A stretch of 41,771 nt of DNA, from contig CBDCEW010000073.1 of NCBI GenBank assembly GCA_965215885.1, positions 1-41,771 on the forward strand, given 5' to 3'. Positions 31,371 to 40,248 of the stretch are shown piece by piece (within the stretch, counting starts at the first letter, position 1; the number at the start of each line of letters is the position of its first letter). The translations under genes were made by a program, and so were the position numbers. The notes under the pieces are model-generated. The model was not told the origin of the DNA. It made no database searches and saw only the letters and a program-made list of their open reading frames with translations. The stretch is from Candidatus Moanibacter sp. (lineage in GTDB: Bacteria; Verrucomicrobiota; Verrucomicrobiia; Opitutales; UBA2987).

Positions 31371-33287
31371 GACCTTATCCGAAAAGCTACTGATTGGCCG
31401 CAAAGAGGCGCAAAAGGCGCAAGAAAAACTTGAGAAAAATCATTTTTTGGCTTGATAAAAAGTGTCGCAACATGCTAGTGTTTAACAACTTAAGATTAAG
31501 AAATGAGTTAAACATGCCAACATGTGCGACAGAGGAGAACAAAAGCGATAAGACGCCCCTTAGCAACCTCATTCTGCCGGTTCCAGACACGGATTTCCGT
31601 GATTTTCTGGATGAAGTTGAAGAATTGGCCGGGTTCGCGGCGCAAATCATCGAGGCGATCGAGAAGGATCTGGACGCCCATGCGCGTGAGAAGAAGAAAC
31701 TTCGATTGGAAGATCGCAGGTTCTTTGAAGGGCGCACAGCGGAGCTGCCGGAGCTGGACATCGAGGAGGAGAATATTCTGGCTGCTGAATTGAATCTTGG
31801 GGCAGGCCGGCCGCGGATGCCGGCTTATGCGGTATACGTGTTCGTGATGCTTCGAGGGTTTCTGGGTTCGTTGACCACGAAACCGGCACGGCGGTTTGTG
31901 CGCGAGTCGATGAGCTTGTACGGATTTTTGCAGAGCGGGGGACTGAGAATGCCGGCGGTGACGACGATTCTGGAGAACGTGAACCTGGTCAGCCATAGGA
32001 CCCGCGAGTTGATCTTTGATAAACAGATTGGGTTTATCCTCCAGGAGCAATGGGACGATTTCGGGAAGCTGACGATCGACAGCACCTCGGTGAAAGCAAA
32101 CAGCTGCTGGCCCACCGATGGGAAGATTCTGAGCGGTCTTTTGATGCGGGCCAATCGTTTGGGTCAGAAGTTGCATGTCTTCGGGCTGGAGGATTTTCGC
32201 AAGGGATGGGTTGGGCGTTGGCTGGAGGAAATGGACAAGCTGGAGTTTCAGATTTGTCTGGCCGCGGGCAAACCGAAGTCGAAGGGCAAGCTGAAGAAAC
32301 ACTACCGGCGGTTGCTCAAGCGGGGCCGCAAGGCGGCCGACTCACTAACGGGGGAACTGAGCCATCTTGAAGAGGGCCTGTCGATGGATTCACTGCCTCC
32401 CACTCGCCGGGAGCTTCTGGAGCGGGCATTGAGCCAGATCAGGGGCGATATTGCCGACGCCAAGCGGGTTGTTGAGTATGCTCATGATCGGGTGTTTCAC
32501 GAAAAGAAGCTACCGTCCACACAGAAGGTCCTGAGCCTCTCGGACGGATCGGCGGCCTACATCAAGAAGGGCAGCCGCAATCCAGTGATCGGGTACAAGC
32601 CACAACTGGTTCGCAGCGAAAACGGTTTTGTCACCAGCCTGATCGTACCGCAAGGCAACGCGGCAGACTCCATTGAGCTGGCGCCGGCCATCGGCGATTC
32701 GATCAAGCGCACCGGTGTCATTGCTGAACTGGTCAGCACCGATGACGGATATGCTTCGGCGAAGGGACGCAAGGAGGTGCTGAGCATGGGGGTAAAGCAG
32801 ATCAGTATCAGTGGGGCGAAGGGCAAGAAGTTGACCACCCCCGAGGACTGGGAGAGCGAGGCGTATCGCGAGGCACGCCGCGATCGCTCCGCAGTGGAGT
32901 CGCTGATGTTCACGATTAAAGATGGATTTGCCTTTGGCGAACTCGGCCGCCGCGGCATCGATGCGGTAGGCGATGAACTGCTCGAGAAGGTTCTGGCCTA
33001 CAACTTCTGCCGCATCATACTGATGAAGAAACGCCGAGGGGAGGAACTGGAACAGGCAGCCTGAATCTGACCGCTTTGAAGCTCAGAGAAAAAAGCACCA
33101 CGGGATGAGTATGCCTCCAGACAGCGGCAAATATACGTATTGTGCAGCAAGCCACGCCGATGGCCGCTCAATACCTGCTCATCGGCAGCGCCGGCAGCCT
33201 AAAACCCGAAACCTGCCAGCCATAGGCTGGTCCGCCCGTGGCGGAGAACCTTAAACCGCCCGCTCGAAAGGCTTTTCGAATGGGGTC
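31371..33287 (+). mobile_element. IS5/ISNCY-like insertion sequence, copy 2, intact
   Basis: Same IRs as copy 1. Direct repeat TATCTA at 31365-31370 and 33288-33293 (4 bp ATCT if the IR includes the outer A/T). Confidence 0.92.
31514..33064 (+). CDS. DDE transposase (IS5/ISNCY-like)
   Basis: GRPRMP, LTIDST, KVLSLSD..A.YIKKG...GYK, STDDGYAS, RSAVES. Confidence 0.88.
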   Translation: MPTCATEENKSDKTPLSNLILPVPDTDFRDFLDEVEELAGFAAQIIEAIEKDLDAHAREKKKLRLEDRRFFEGRTAELPELDIEEENILAAELNLGAGRPRMPAYAVYVFVMLRGFLGSLTTKPARRFVRESMSLYGFLQSGGLRMPAVTTILENVNLVSHRTRELIFDKQIGFILQEQWDDFGKLTIDSTSVKANSCWPTDGKILSGLLMRANRLGQKLHVFGLEDFRKGWVGRWLEEMDKLEFQICLAAGKPKSKGKLKKHYRRLLKRGRKAADSLTGELSHLEEGLSMDSLPPTRRELLERALSQIRGDIADAKRVVEYAHDRVFHEKKLPSTQKVLSLSDGSAAYIKKGSRNPVIGYKPQLVRSENGFVTSLIVPQGNAADSIELAPAIGDSIKRTGVIAELVSTDDGYASAKGRKEVLSMGVKQISISGAKGKKLTTPEDWESEAYREARRDRSAVESLMFTIKDGFAFGELGRRGIDAVGDELLEKVLAYNFCRIILMKKRRGEELEQAA

Positions 33288-33388
33288 TATCTACCAAAAA
33301 AGCGCTTCTTTGGACCAGCCTCCACGGGCGTTTGACTGTGCCCCTCGAAAGCCATTTCTTATCAGTAGATCTCAATGTAGATCAAAAC

Positions 33389-34861
33389 ATGGTTAATTCC
33401 CACGTTGATCCAATTCGAACGGCCATCATCCTCGCCGCCGGAATGGGTGTTCGCCTGAAAGAGCGGGGCAAGCTGACGCCCAAGGGCTGCATACGCCTGG
33501 GGGAAAAGTCGATTGTCGAGGAGTCCGTCCTACGACTGCTGGCGGTGGGAATCGAGCGGATTGTGATTGTTACGGGGCACCTCGCGGAACAGTATAAGCC
33601 CTTGCAGGACCGGTTCCGCCAGACGATTCAATTGGTCCAAAACCCACACTTTGCGGATTCGGGCAGCATGTATTCGCTCTACTGTGCCCGTCACTGCGTT
33701 GACGAAGACTTCCTGCTGCTGGAGTCTGATCTCATTTTTGAACGCCGCGCACTCACCACCACCTTGGAATCTTCCAGCGACAATGTTTTGTTGCTGGCAG
33801 GCTTTTCGAACACCAGCGACGAATGTTTTGTGGAAACGCAAAGGGGTCGCCTGGTGGCGATATCGAAGAATCGGGAGAACCTGGGAGCTGAGGTACTGGG
33901 CGAGTTGGTTGGCATTTGTAAGATTTCCCGATCGCTGTTCCGCATGATGCTCGACACGGCTGAGCAACGCTTCCCTACAACTCGACACCTGGACTACGAG
34001 ACGGATGGGCTGGTTTCGGCGGCGCGGGACGTACCCATTTCGTGCACCGTGGTTGAGGATCTGATGTGGTGCGAGATTGACGATGACAAGCATCTTGCCC
34101 GCGCACGCAACGTTATTTATCCAGTCGTTCGGAAAGAGGACGCGGAGGCAGACTCCTGCCATAGGCAGCGACTACGAAGCAACCTCCGCAAGTTCAAGAC
34201 GGTCGGATTCTTCGACGAGCGGGACCTGATCATTCGCCACATTCATGATTTCTTCGAAACCGTGAAAAAGCACCAGATCCGTGCCTGCATCATGTTCGGC
34301 ACGCTGCTGGGCAAGCTGCGGCACAACGACTTCATCCCATGGGATGACGACGTGGACATTGTCGTCTTCGACTATGACGCCTTCCTAGAGCACTGCGCGC
34401 CGGAACTCGAGCGACAGGGATACACAGTTGAACTCGATATCCGAGACGGAAAGAGAATGGGATGCCGCATTTTCCGCGAAGACAGCGCGAAGGTTCCCGG
34501 CAAACCTCACTTGCGGTTTCCCTGGATCGGAATCTGGGAGCACGAAGTTGGGGAGGATGGACTGATTGTGCTCCCGCCCGAGGATGTACGATACAGGCCG
34601 GTGGATTTTCTACCGATTGAGCGAACGGAATTCCTCGGAGCAACTGTCGGAGTTCCGCAAAATCCGACGGCAATCCTGAATACGTATTTCAGGTCCGAGG
34701 ATTGGATGGAAGTTTGCCAACTGCCTTACCGGGATCATCGGAACGGAGGGGAACTTACCGGGTTTCCCGACGACAAGTTTGAGGTGCAGACCGTGCTGGA
34801 CTACCTCGCCTCCGAGCAGGTTTCCACCCTCAGTGCTGTGGCCAAGAATGACGCCGAATGA
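33389..34861 (+). CDS. Fusion of LicC/PntC-like cytidylyltransferase and LicD-family phosphotransferase
   Basis: N-terminal AIILAAGMGVRL...PKG, GSMYSL, LESDL, WCEID. C-terminal GTLLGKLRHNDFIPWDDDVDI (LicD signature). Confidence 0.88.
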   Translation: MVNSHVDPIRTAIILAAGMGVRLKERGKLTPKGCIRLGEKSIVEESVLRLLAVGIERIVIVTGHLAEQYKPLQDRFRQTIQLVQNPHFADSGSMYSLYCARHCVDEDFLLLESDLIFERRALTTTLESSSDNVLLLAGFSNTSDECFVETQRGRLVAISKNRENLGAEVLGELVGICKISRSLFRMMLDTAEQRFPTTRHLDYETDGLVSAARDVPISCTVVEDLMWCEIDDDKHLARARNVIYPVVRKEDAEADSCHRQRLRSNLRKFKTVGFFDERDLIIRHIHDFFETVKKHQIRACIMFGTLLGKLRHNDFIPWDDDVDIVVFDYDAFLEHCAPELERQGYTVELDIRDGKRMGCRIFREDSAKVPGKPHLRFPWIGIWEHEVGEDGLIVLPPEDVRYRPVDFLPIERTEFLGATVGVPQNPTAILNTYFRSEDWMEVCQLPYRDHRNGGELTGFPDDKFEVQTVLDYLASEQVSTLSAVAKNDAE

Positions 34862-35559
34862 CGCCGGAAGATGCGGATCGGTGGAAGTACCCCATGCTCG
34901 CCAAGCCGGAGTCGGACGGCGCCTACAGCTACCACCTGCAGAGACGCATTTCCGTTTGGTTTTCGGTTCGGCTCGCCCGCTACATGGGACCCAACGCGGT
35001 TACCGGCCTCGACCTGATCATTGGCGTCGCGGCCGCCGTGCTGGTGCTGCTGGATCACTGGTTGTGGGGCGTGGTGCTCATTCAGATTTTCGGCATCTTC
35101 TCGTGCGTTGACGGAGAGATCGCGCGAATTCAGGGCCGCTCATCCAGGATCGGCGACTTCCTGGATACGCTGACCGATCGGGTTACCGAACTGCTGCTGG
35201 TAGGCGCGATCGCGCTCTCACTGAGCGATCGAGTGGATCCTGTGAGCGCGCTCACCGCGGGCTTCGCTCTTCTCGGTGGTGTTTTCGTTCTGACGACCAG
35301 CTCCGAGAAGTTTCGCTCGACTTTTCAGAAGGGATATCCTAAGCGTAGACTCGAGAAGTTGTTTTCCCTCTTCTGTGCGGGAAGCGAAGGCCGCCTGTTG
35401 ATGTTGTCGATCGGGCTGGTCCTGAGTGAACTCACCGGGAATGGCCTGTATCTGCTCTGGCTCGTGTGGACACTGGCGGCAGCGGTCTGCGTCAATTTTC
35501 TCGTACGAATCGGATTGGTTTACCGACATTTCAGAGCCGAGGATCCTACCGAATCATGA
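34858..35559 (+). CDS. CDP-alcohol phosphatidyltransferase family protein
   Basis: PNAVT, VDGEIAR...GDFLDTLTDR, about six TM segments; ATGA overlap with the upstream gene. Confidence 0.9.
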   Translation: MTPEDADRWKYPMLAKPESDGAYSYHLQRRISVWFSVRLARYMGPNAVTGLDLIIGVAAAVLVLLDHWLWGVVLIQIFGIFSCVDGEIARIQGRSSRIGDFLDTLTDRVTELLLVGAIALSLSDRVDPVSALTAGFALLGGVFVLTTSSEKFRSTFQKGYPKRRLEKLFSLFCAGSEGRLLMLSIGLVLSELTGNGLYLLWLVWTLAAAVCVNFLVRIGLVYRHFRAEDPTES

Positions 35560-36278
35560 GTACCAGCCCTCGAAGCGTGTCCGATCAGGCAGATCTCGCC
35601 GACTTCATTCGAGATCGCGGCCCGCATTGCCTGATCGTTGCCCGACACGGGGAAACCGAATGGAATGCCGAGGGGAGACTGCAGGGTCAGCAGGACATTC
35701 CGCTCAACAGCCGAGGCCGCGGCGAGGCCCTGGCAGTTGCGCGGTTTCTGAGGAGCGTTCCCCTCATTCAAGTTCATACCAGTACTCTGCAGCGCTGCCG
35801 GCAAACGGCACGTCCCATCGCCGAGACCAACATCGGTCGACCCAACGTTGTCTCCAGCGACTTACTCAAGGAAACCGCGCTGGGCGTTCTCGAGGGCGAG
35901 ATGAAGGACCAGCAGTCGGCCGCCGAGTTGACTCGACACTACCAGGATTTCTGCAGAGACGAGATTCGCTATCGCGTGCCCGATGGCGAGAACCTGCACG
36001 ACGTTGCTGCCCGTGTGCAGCGATTCTTCGTCGACCGATGCCAGCTCTTGAAAGGTCCAGGGATCCATCTGATCGTGGGTCACAGGAATGTGAATAAGAT
36101 GATCCTGAAGTACCTGATCGGGCTGTCGTTTGAGGAGGGATTTCGGGTGGAGCAGGAGCACCAGCGGCTCTACCTCTACTTCGACGCCTCGAAGGAGCTG
36201 TGGTTCTGCTGGGTGGATGGCACGGCCGCCCGCCTCACACGGGGGTATGCCACCACGATGGACAGCAGCTATGCATAA
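35556..36278 (+). CDS. Histidine phosphatase (phosphoglycerate mutase-like) family protein
   Basis: VARHGETEWN, LQG..DIPLN, S.LQRC.QTA, PDGE, IVGH; ATGA overlap. Confidence 0.92.
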   Translation: MSTSPRSVSDQADLADFIRDRGPHCLIVARHGETEWNAEGRLQGQQDIPLNSRGRGEALAVARFLRSVPLIQVHTSTLQRCRQTARPIAETNIGRPNVVSSDLLKETALGVLEGEMKDQQSAAELTRHYQDFCRDEIRYRVPDGENLHDVAARVQRFFVDRCQLLKGPGIHLIVGHRNVNKMILKYLIGLSFEEGFRVEQEHQRLYLYFDASKELWFCWVDGTAARLTRGYATTMDSSYA

Positions 36279-36302
36279 TCAAGAAAGACCAAAGGAGGTT
36301 GC

Positions 36303-37602
36303 ATGAAAACAGTCTATATCGCGATGAGCGCTGATCTGATCACGCCGAGTCACGTGAACATCATCCAGGAAGCCAGGACGCTGGGTGAGGTGGTTATCGG
36401 CCTGCTGACCGACAGTGCCGTCGCCGGCTACCAGCGGCTGCCCTACATGCCCTACGAGCAGCGCAAAGTCGTCATGGAGAACATTGTCGGCGTCAAAGAG
36501 GTGGTGCCCCAGGGAGACGCTGGACTACGTGCCGAACCTGCTGAAGATCAAGCCCGACTACGTGCTCCACCGCGACGACTGGAACACCGGCGTGCTGCGG
36601 GAGACCCGCCAGCGCGTCATCGATACGCTCAAGCAATGGGGCGGGGAGCTTGTCGAGCCGCACCATATGCCCGGCATCACGTCTACGTCGCTCAGCCGGG
36701 CCATTCGGGAAGTGGGCACCACGTCGCAGATACGCCGGGGAATGCTGAAGCGGCTGTTGGAGGCCAAACCGCTGATTCGCATTCTAGAAGCGCATAGCGG
36801 CCTGACGGGGCTGATCGCCGAGACCGTTTCCGTCGAAAGCGACCACAGGGTCCTGGAGTTCGACGGGATCTGGATGAGCAGCCTCACCGACTCGGCCGTC
36901 AAGGCCAAGCCCGACATCGAGTACGTGGATATGACCTCGCGCATGAACACCGTCAGCGATATTCTCGAGAGCACGACTAAGCCCATCATCTTTGACGGCG
37001 ATACCGGTGGGATCTCCGAGCATTTCGTGTTCATGGTCCGCACGCTGGAGCGTCTCGGCGTCTCGGCCGTGATCATCGAAGATAAAAAAGGGCTGAAGAA
37101 GAACTCGCTCTTCGGCACCGACGTTGAGCAAATACAGGATGAAATCGAGGTTTTCGCGCACAAAGTCTCCTGCGGCAAGCATGCACAAGTGACCGACGAC
37201 TTCATGATCATTGCCCGCATTGAGAGCCTGATTCTCAAGGCCGGCATGGACGACGCACTGTCCCGCGCCCATGCCTATATCGCCGCCGGTACGGACGGCA
37301 TTATGATCCACAGCAGGGAGCCGACTCCCGACGAGGTGCTGACCTTCTGCAAGGAATACGCGAAGTTTAACAATCGCGTGCCGCTGGTGGCGGTGCCGTC
37401 GACGTTTAGCGCCATATCCGAGGATGAACTGGCGGAGGCGGGCTTTCGCATCGTGATCTACGCCAACCAACTCTTGCGCAGCGCCTACCCGGCCATGGTC
37501 CAGGTCGCCAGGAGTATTCTTCGTCACGGCCGAGCGGATGAGGCCGAGGAACGCTGCATGCCCATTAAGGACATCATCAGCCTGATTCCGGAAAAGACGT
37601 AA
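36303..37602 (+). CDS. aepX: Phosphoenolpyruvate mutase with N-terminal cytidylyltransferase-like domain; 1-bp frameshift at ~36513
   Basis: PepM signature [10 protein letters not shown] (EDKxxxxxNS), [29 protein letters not shown]. The reading frame changes at CCC CAG G GAG. Confidence 0.92.
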
Positions 37603-37609
37603 GCTAAGC

Positions 37610-38734
37610 ATGATTCGCTGTCAGGATTTTGTCGATTGGCTTGCGGCGCTCGGCGTGGATTTCTATGCCGGCGTGCCGGATTCGCTGCTCAAACCGGTTT
37701 GCTTTTACCTGGCCGACCATGCCGGCGACAAACATGTTGTGGCGGCCAATGAAGGCGGGGCGGTGGCCCTGGCGTGCGGGTACCATCTGGCCACGGGGAA
37801 AGTGCCGCTTGTTTACTTGCAGAACTCGGGTCAGGGCAATACGATCAATCCGCTGCTTTCGCTGGCCGACCGCGACGTCTACAGCATTCCGCTGCTGCTG
37901 CTGATCGGCTGGCGGGGCGAGCCCGGCACGAAAGACGAACCGCAGCACCTCAAGCAGGGCAAGGTCACCGTCAGCTTGCTGGAAGCGATGGACATTCCCT
38001 GTCGCGTCTTGGCACCAGAGCCCGAAGCGGCCCGGATCTGCGTGGAAGAGTTGCTGGCGCTCGCGGCGGCTGAGAGCCGACCGGTCGCATTGCTGGTCCG
38101 CAAGGGTACATTCGAGCCTTACAAGCCGACAGGCCAACCCGCGAGTGACTTCCAAATGACTCGCGAGCAGGCCATCGAGGCGGTCGTTGCGGCCCTGGGC
38201 AAGACCGATGCGATCGTTTCCACGACGGGCAGGATATCGCGTGAACTGTACGAATACCGTGATCGCGCCGGCCAGGGCCACGAGCGGGAGTTCCTGACCG
38301 TCGGCTCGATGGGGCACGCCTCACAGATTGCCATCGGCATCGCTCTGGCCAAGCCGGATCGACAGGTATTTTGCCTGGACGGCGACGGTGCCATGCTGAT
38401 GCACATGGGCGGCGCTGCGATTGTCGGTGCCGCAGGCGTGGCGAACTTCAAGCATGTCATCTTGAACAACGGCGTACACGATTCCGTTGGCGGCATGGCA
38501 ACTGCGGGTCTGCGGGTCTCATTCTCGAAAATTGTCAAGGCGTGCGATTACACTGAAGCGTGGCGCGTCGAGCGGCGCGATGACTTGGCCGAGAAGGTAG
38601 TCCGGCTTCGTGACGCGCGGGGGCCGGCCATGCTGGAGATCATGGTCCAGAAGGGCGCACGGGCCGACCTGGGCCGACCGAAAACCTCGCCCATCGAAAA
38701 CAAGACGGCCTTCACGGAGTTCCTGTCCCAGTGA
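37610..38734 (+). CDS. aepY: Phosphonopyruvate decarboxylase
   Basis: GVPDSLLK, ANEG, YLQNSG.GN, DEPQH, VGSMGH, ThDP motif DGDGA...NN; follows PEP mutase. Confidence 0.95.
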   Translation: MIRCQDFVDWLAALGVDFYAGVPDSLLKPVCFYLADHAGDKHVVAANEGGAVALACGYHLATGKVPLVYLQNSGQGNTINPLLSLADRDVYSIPLLLLIGWRGEPGTKDEPQHLKQGKVTVSLLEAMDIPCRVLAPEPEAARICVEELLALAAAESRPVALLVRKGTFEPYKPTGQPASDFQMTREQAIEAVVAALGKTDAIVSTTGRISRELYEYRDRAGQGHEREFLTVGSMGHASQIAIGIALAKPDRQVFCLDGDGAMLMHMGGAAIVGAAGVANFKHVILNNGVHDSVGGMATAGLRVSFSKIVKACDYTEAWRVERRDDLAEKVVRLRDARGPAMLEIMVQKGARADLGRPKTSPIENKTAFTEFLSQ

Positions 38735-38765
38735 CGCAGGAAGAACACATTGGGCTTCGACGTAA

Positions 38766-39908
38766 TTAGTTGCACGGAAGCTCGATGTCCATCTCACCGA
38801 GCGTCGCCCGGATCGCTGCGAGCAGGGCAAGAACGTCGCACTCGAAGAGACGTCCGATGTTACCGATGCGGAAGCAATCGGCGCTCGACACCTTGCCGGG
38901 GTAAATCACGAATCCCTTGTCGCTCAACCGCGTGTAGAACTCTTCAAACTGAAAGTGCGGATGATTCGGGTAGCAGAAAGCGGTGATGATCGTGCCTTGC
39001 AGTTCGGGCCGCAGATACTCGGCAAACCCCATTTCGCGCATCCCGGCGACAAGCGCTTTGTAATTGGCACGGTAGCGGGCGGCTCGGCCCTCGACGCCGC
39101 CTTCGGCCTCCAACTCGCGGAGCGCCTGCTCGAACGCCAGGATCACTTGCGTTGGTGGCGTGAAGCGGAATTGTCCATTCGCTTCCAGACCCTGCCATTG
39201 CGCCAGCAGGTCGAAGCTCAGAGAGCGGGCCCAACCTTCCGTGACCTGAAGCGAAGCGCGACGGCAGATCGCAAACGAGAAGCCAGGCACGCCCTCGATG
39301 CACTTATTGGCTGACGAAACCAGAAAATCGATTCCGCACTTCTCGAAGTCAAACTGGACAGCACCGAAAGCGCTCATCGAGTCGACGAAGTAGATCTTCT
39401 CATGATGCTTGACCGCTTCACCAATTTCTTCAATGGGATTGATGGCACCAGTCGTCGTCTCGCAGTGAACGACGGCGACGGTGGTGATCGCTGAGTCCTG
39501 GGCCAGCATGCGGTCGACGTCTGTCCCTACGGGCAACCTGTTTGGCGTGTATTCGAGTGTCGCCGTGTCGATTTTCAATACCCTCGCGATCCTCGCGATC
39601 CGATCGCCATAGGCACCATTGATGATCACCAGCAGTTTGCCGTCCGGGGGAATCGTCGAACCGATGATCGACTCAAGGCCGAAAGTTCCACTGCCCTGCA
39701 TGAGGACCGCTTCGTATCCCTTGTCTCTCGACACACCTGCAACCGTCAGCAGTGCCTGGCGAACGTCGCGCACCGCTTGAATGAACTCAAGATCGCGCGA
39801 GCCCAGATCCCGCAGCATCGCTTGTTTGACGGTTTGACTGGTGGTCAGCGGGCCGGGCGTAAATAACGTCTTGTCCTTCGCGGAAGAAATTTGTGTTCTA
39901 TCGGTCAA
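38766..39908 (-). CDS. phnW: 2-aminoethylphosphonate aminotransferase (PhnW/AepZ)
   Basis: [63 protein letters not shown] start with AGGAG RBS. Confidence 0.94.
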   Translation of the reverse strand: MTDRTQISSAKDKTLFTPGPLTTSQTVKQAMLRDLGSRDLEFIQAVRDVRQALLTVAGVSRDKGYEAVLMQGSGTFGLESIIGSTIPPDGKLLVIINGAYGDRIARIARVLKIDTATLEYTPNRLPVGTDVDRMLAQDSAITTVAVVHCETTTGAINPIEEIGEAVKHHEKIYFVDSMSAFGAVQFDFEKCGIDFLVSSANKCIEGVPGFSFAICRRASLQVTEGWARSLSFDLLAQWQGLEANGQFRFTPPTQVILAFEQALRELEAEGGVEGRAARYRANYKALVAGMREMGFAEYLRPELQGTIITAFCYPNHPHFQFEEFYTRLSDKGFVIYPGKVSSADCFRIGNIGRLFECDVLALLAAIRATLGEMDIELPCN

Positions 39909-40248
39909 TATGGAACTCCTCCCGATGATTCGTGAATTCTCGCTGCTCCATAGTAATTCAGTAAATACTCCTTCGGTTAGACAGCGAGGCCGAAATCTTT
40001 GATTGCTTCGTAGAGCCTTCGCAGCGGAAGGCTTTGCTTCGGCGTATCAGGTTCATTCTTGCTCGTCCCGTTCGGAGGGAGCAAGTTTCGCATCGTGAGG
40101 CAAGTGGATGTTCGATGATTTACAGTTTTGAATTGGAGGTTGGATAGGGTTTGTACGCTGAAGAGGAAGAGAACGTGCGGCGGAGCGCCCGTTCCACCAC
40201 TAACAGGTTATCGGGTACGGTTGCTTAAAGGACGAAGGAGAAAAGAAC

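Larger units (their letters stand above)
31335..33366 (+). mobile_element. Solo IS91-like terminal sequence (~109 bp: 31335-31370 plus 33294-33366) interrupted by the IS5/ISNCY-like element
   Basis: After removing the IS it aligns with the reverse complement of 98-207 (about 85% by manual count), ending in the shared ATTTCTTATCAGT. Confidence 0.7.

Noticed and set aside
31394..31513. Basic N-terminal extension MAAKRRKRRKK of the transposase
   Set aside because: It lies in the IS left-end and promoter region; the ATG at 31514 (AAGGAG-preceded in copy 1) is the more plausible start.
16394..33287. Composite transposon bounded by the two identical-family IS copies
   Set aside because: Copy 2 has its own target duplication and the outer flanks (TGATCA, TATCTA) do not match.
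33332..33388. TTG-start extension of the CTase-LicD gene
   Set aside because: It is translated from the IS91-like terminal sequence; ATG 33389 is preferred.
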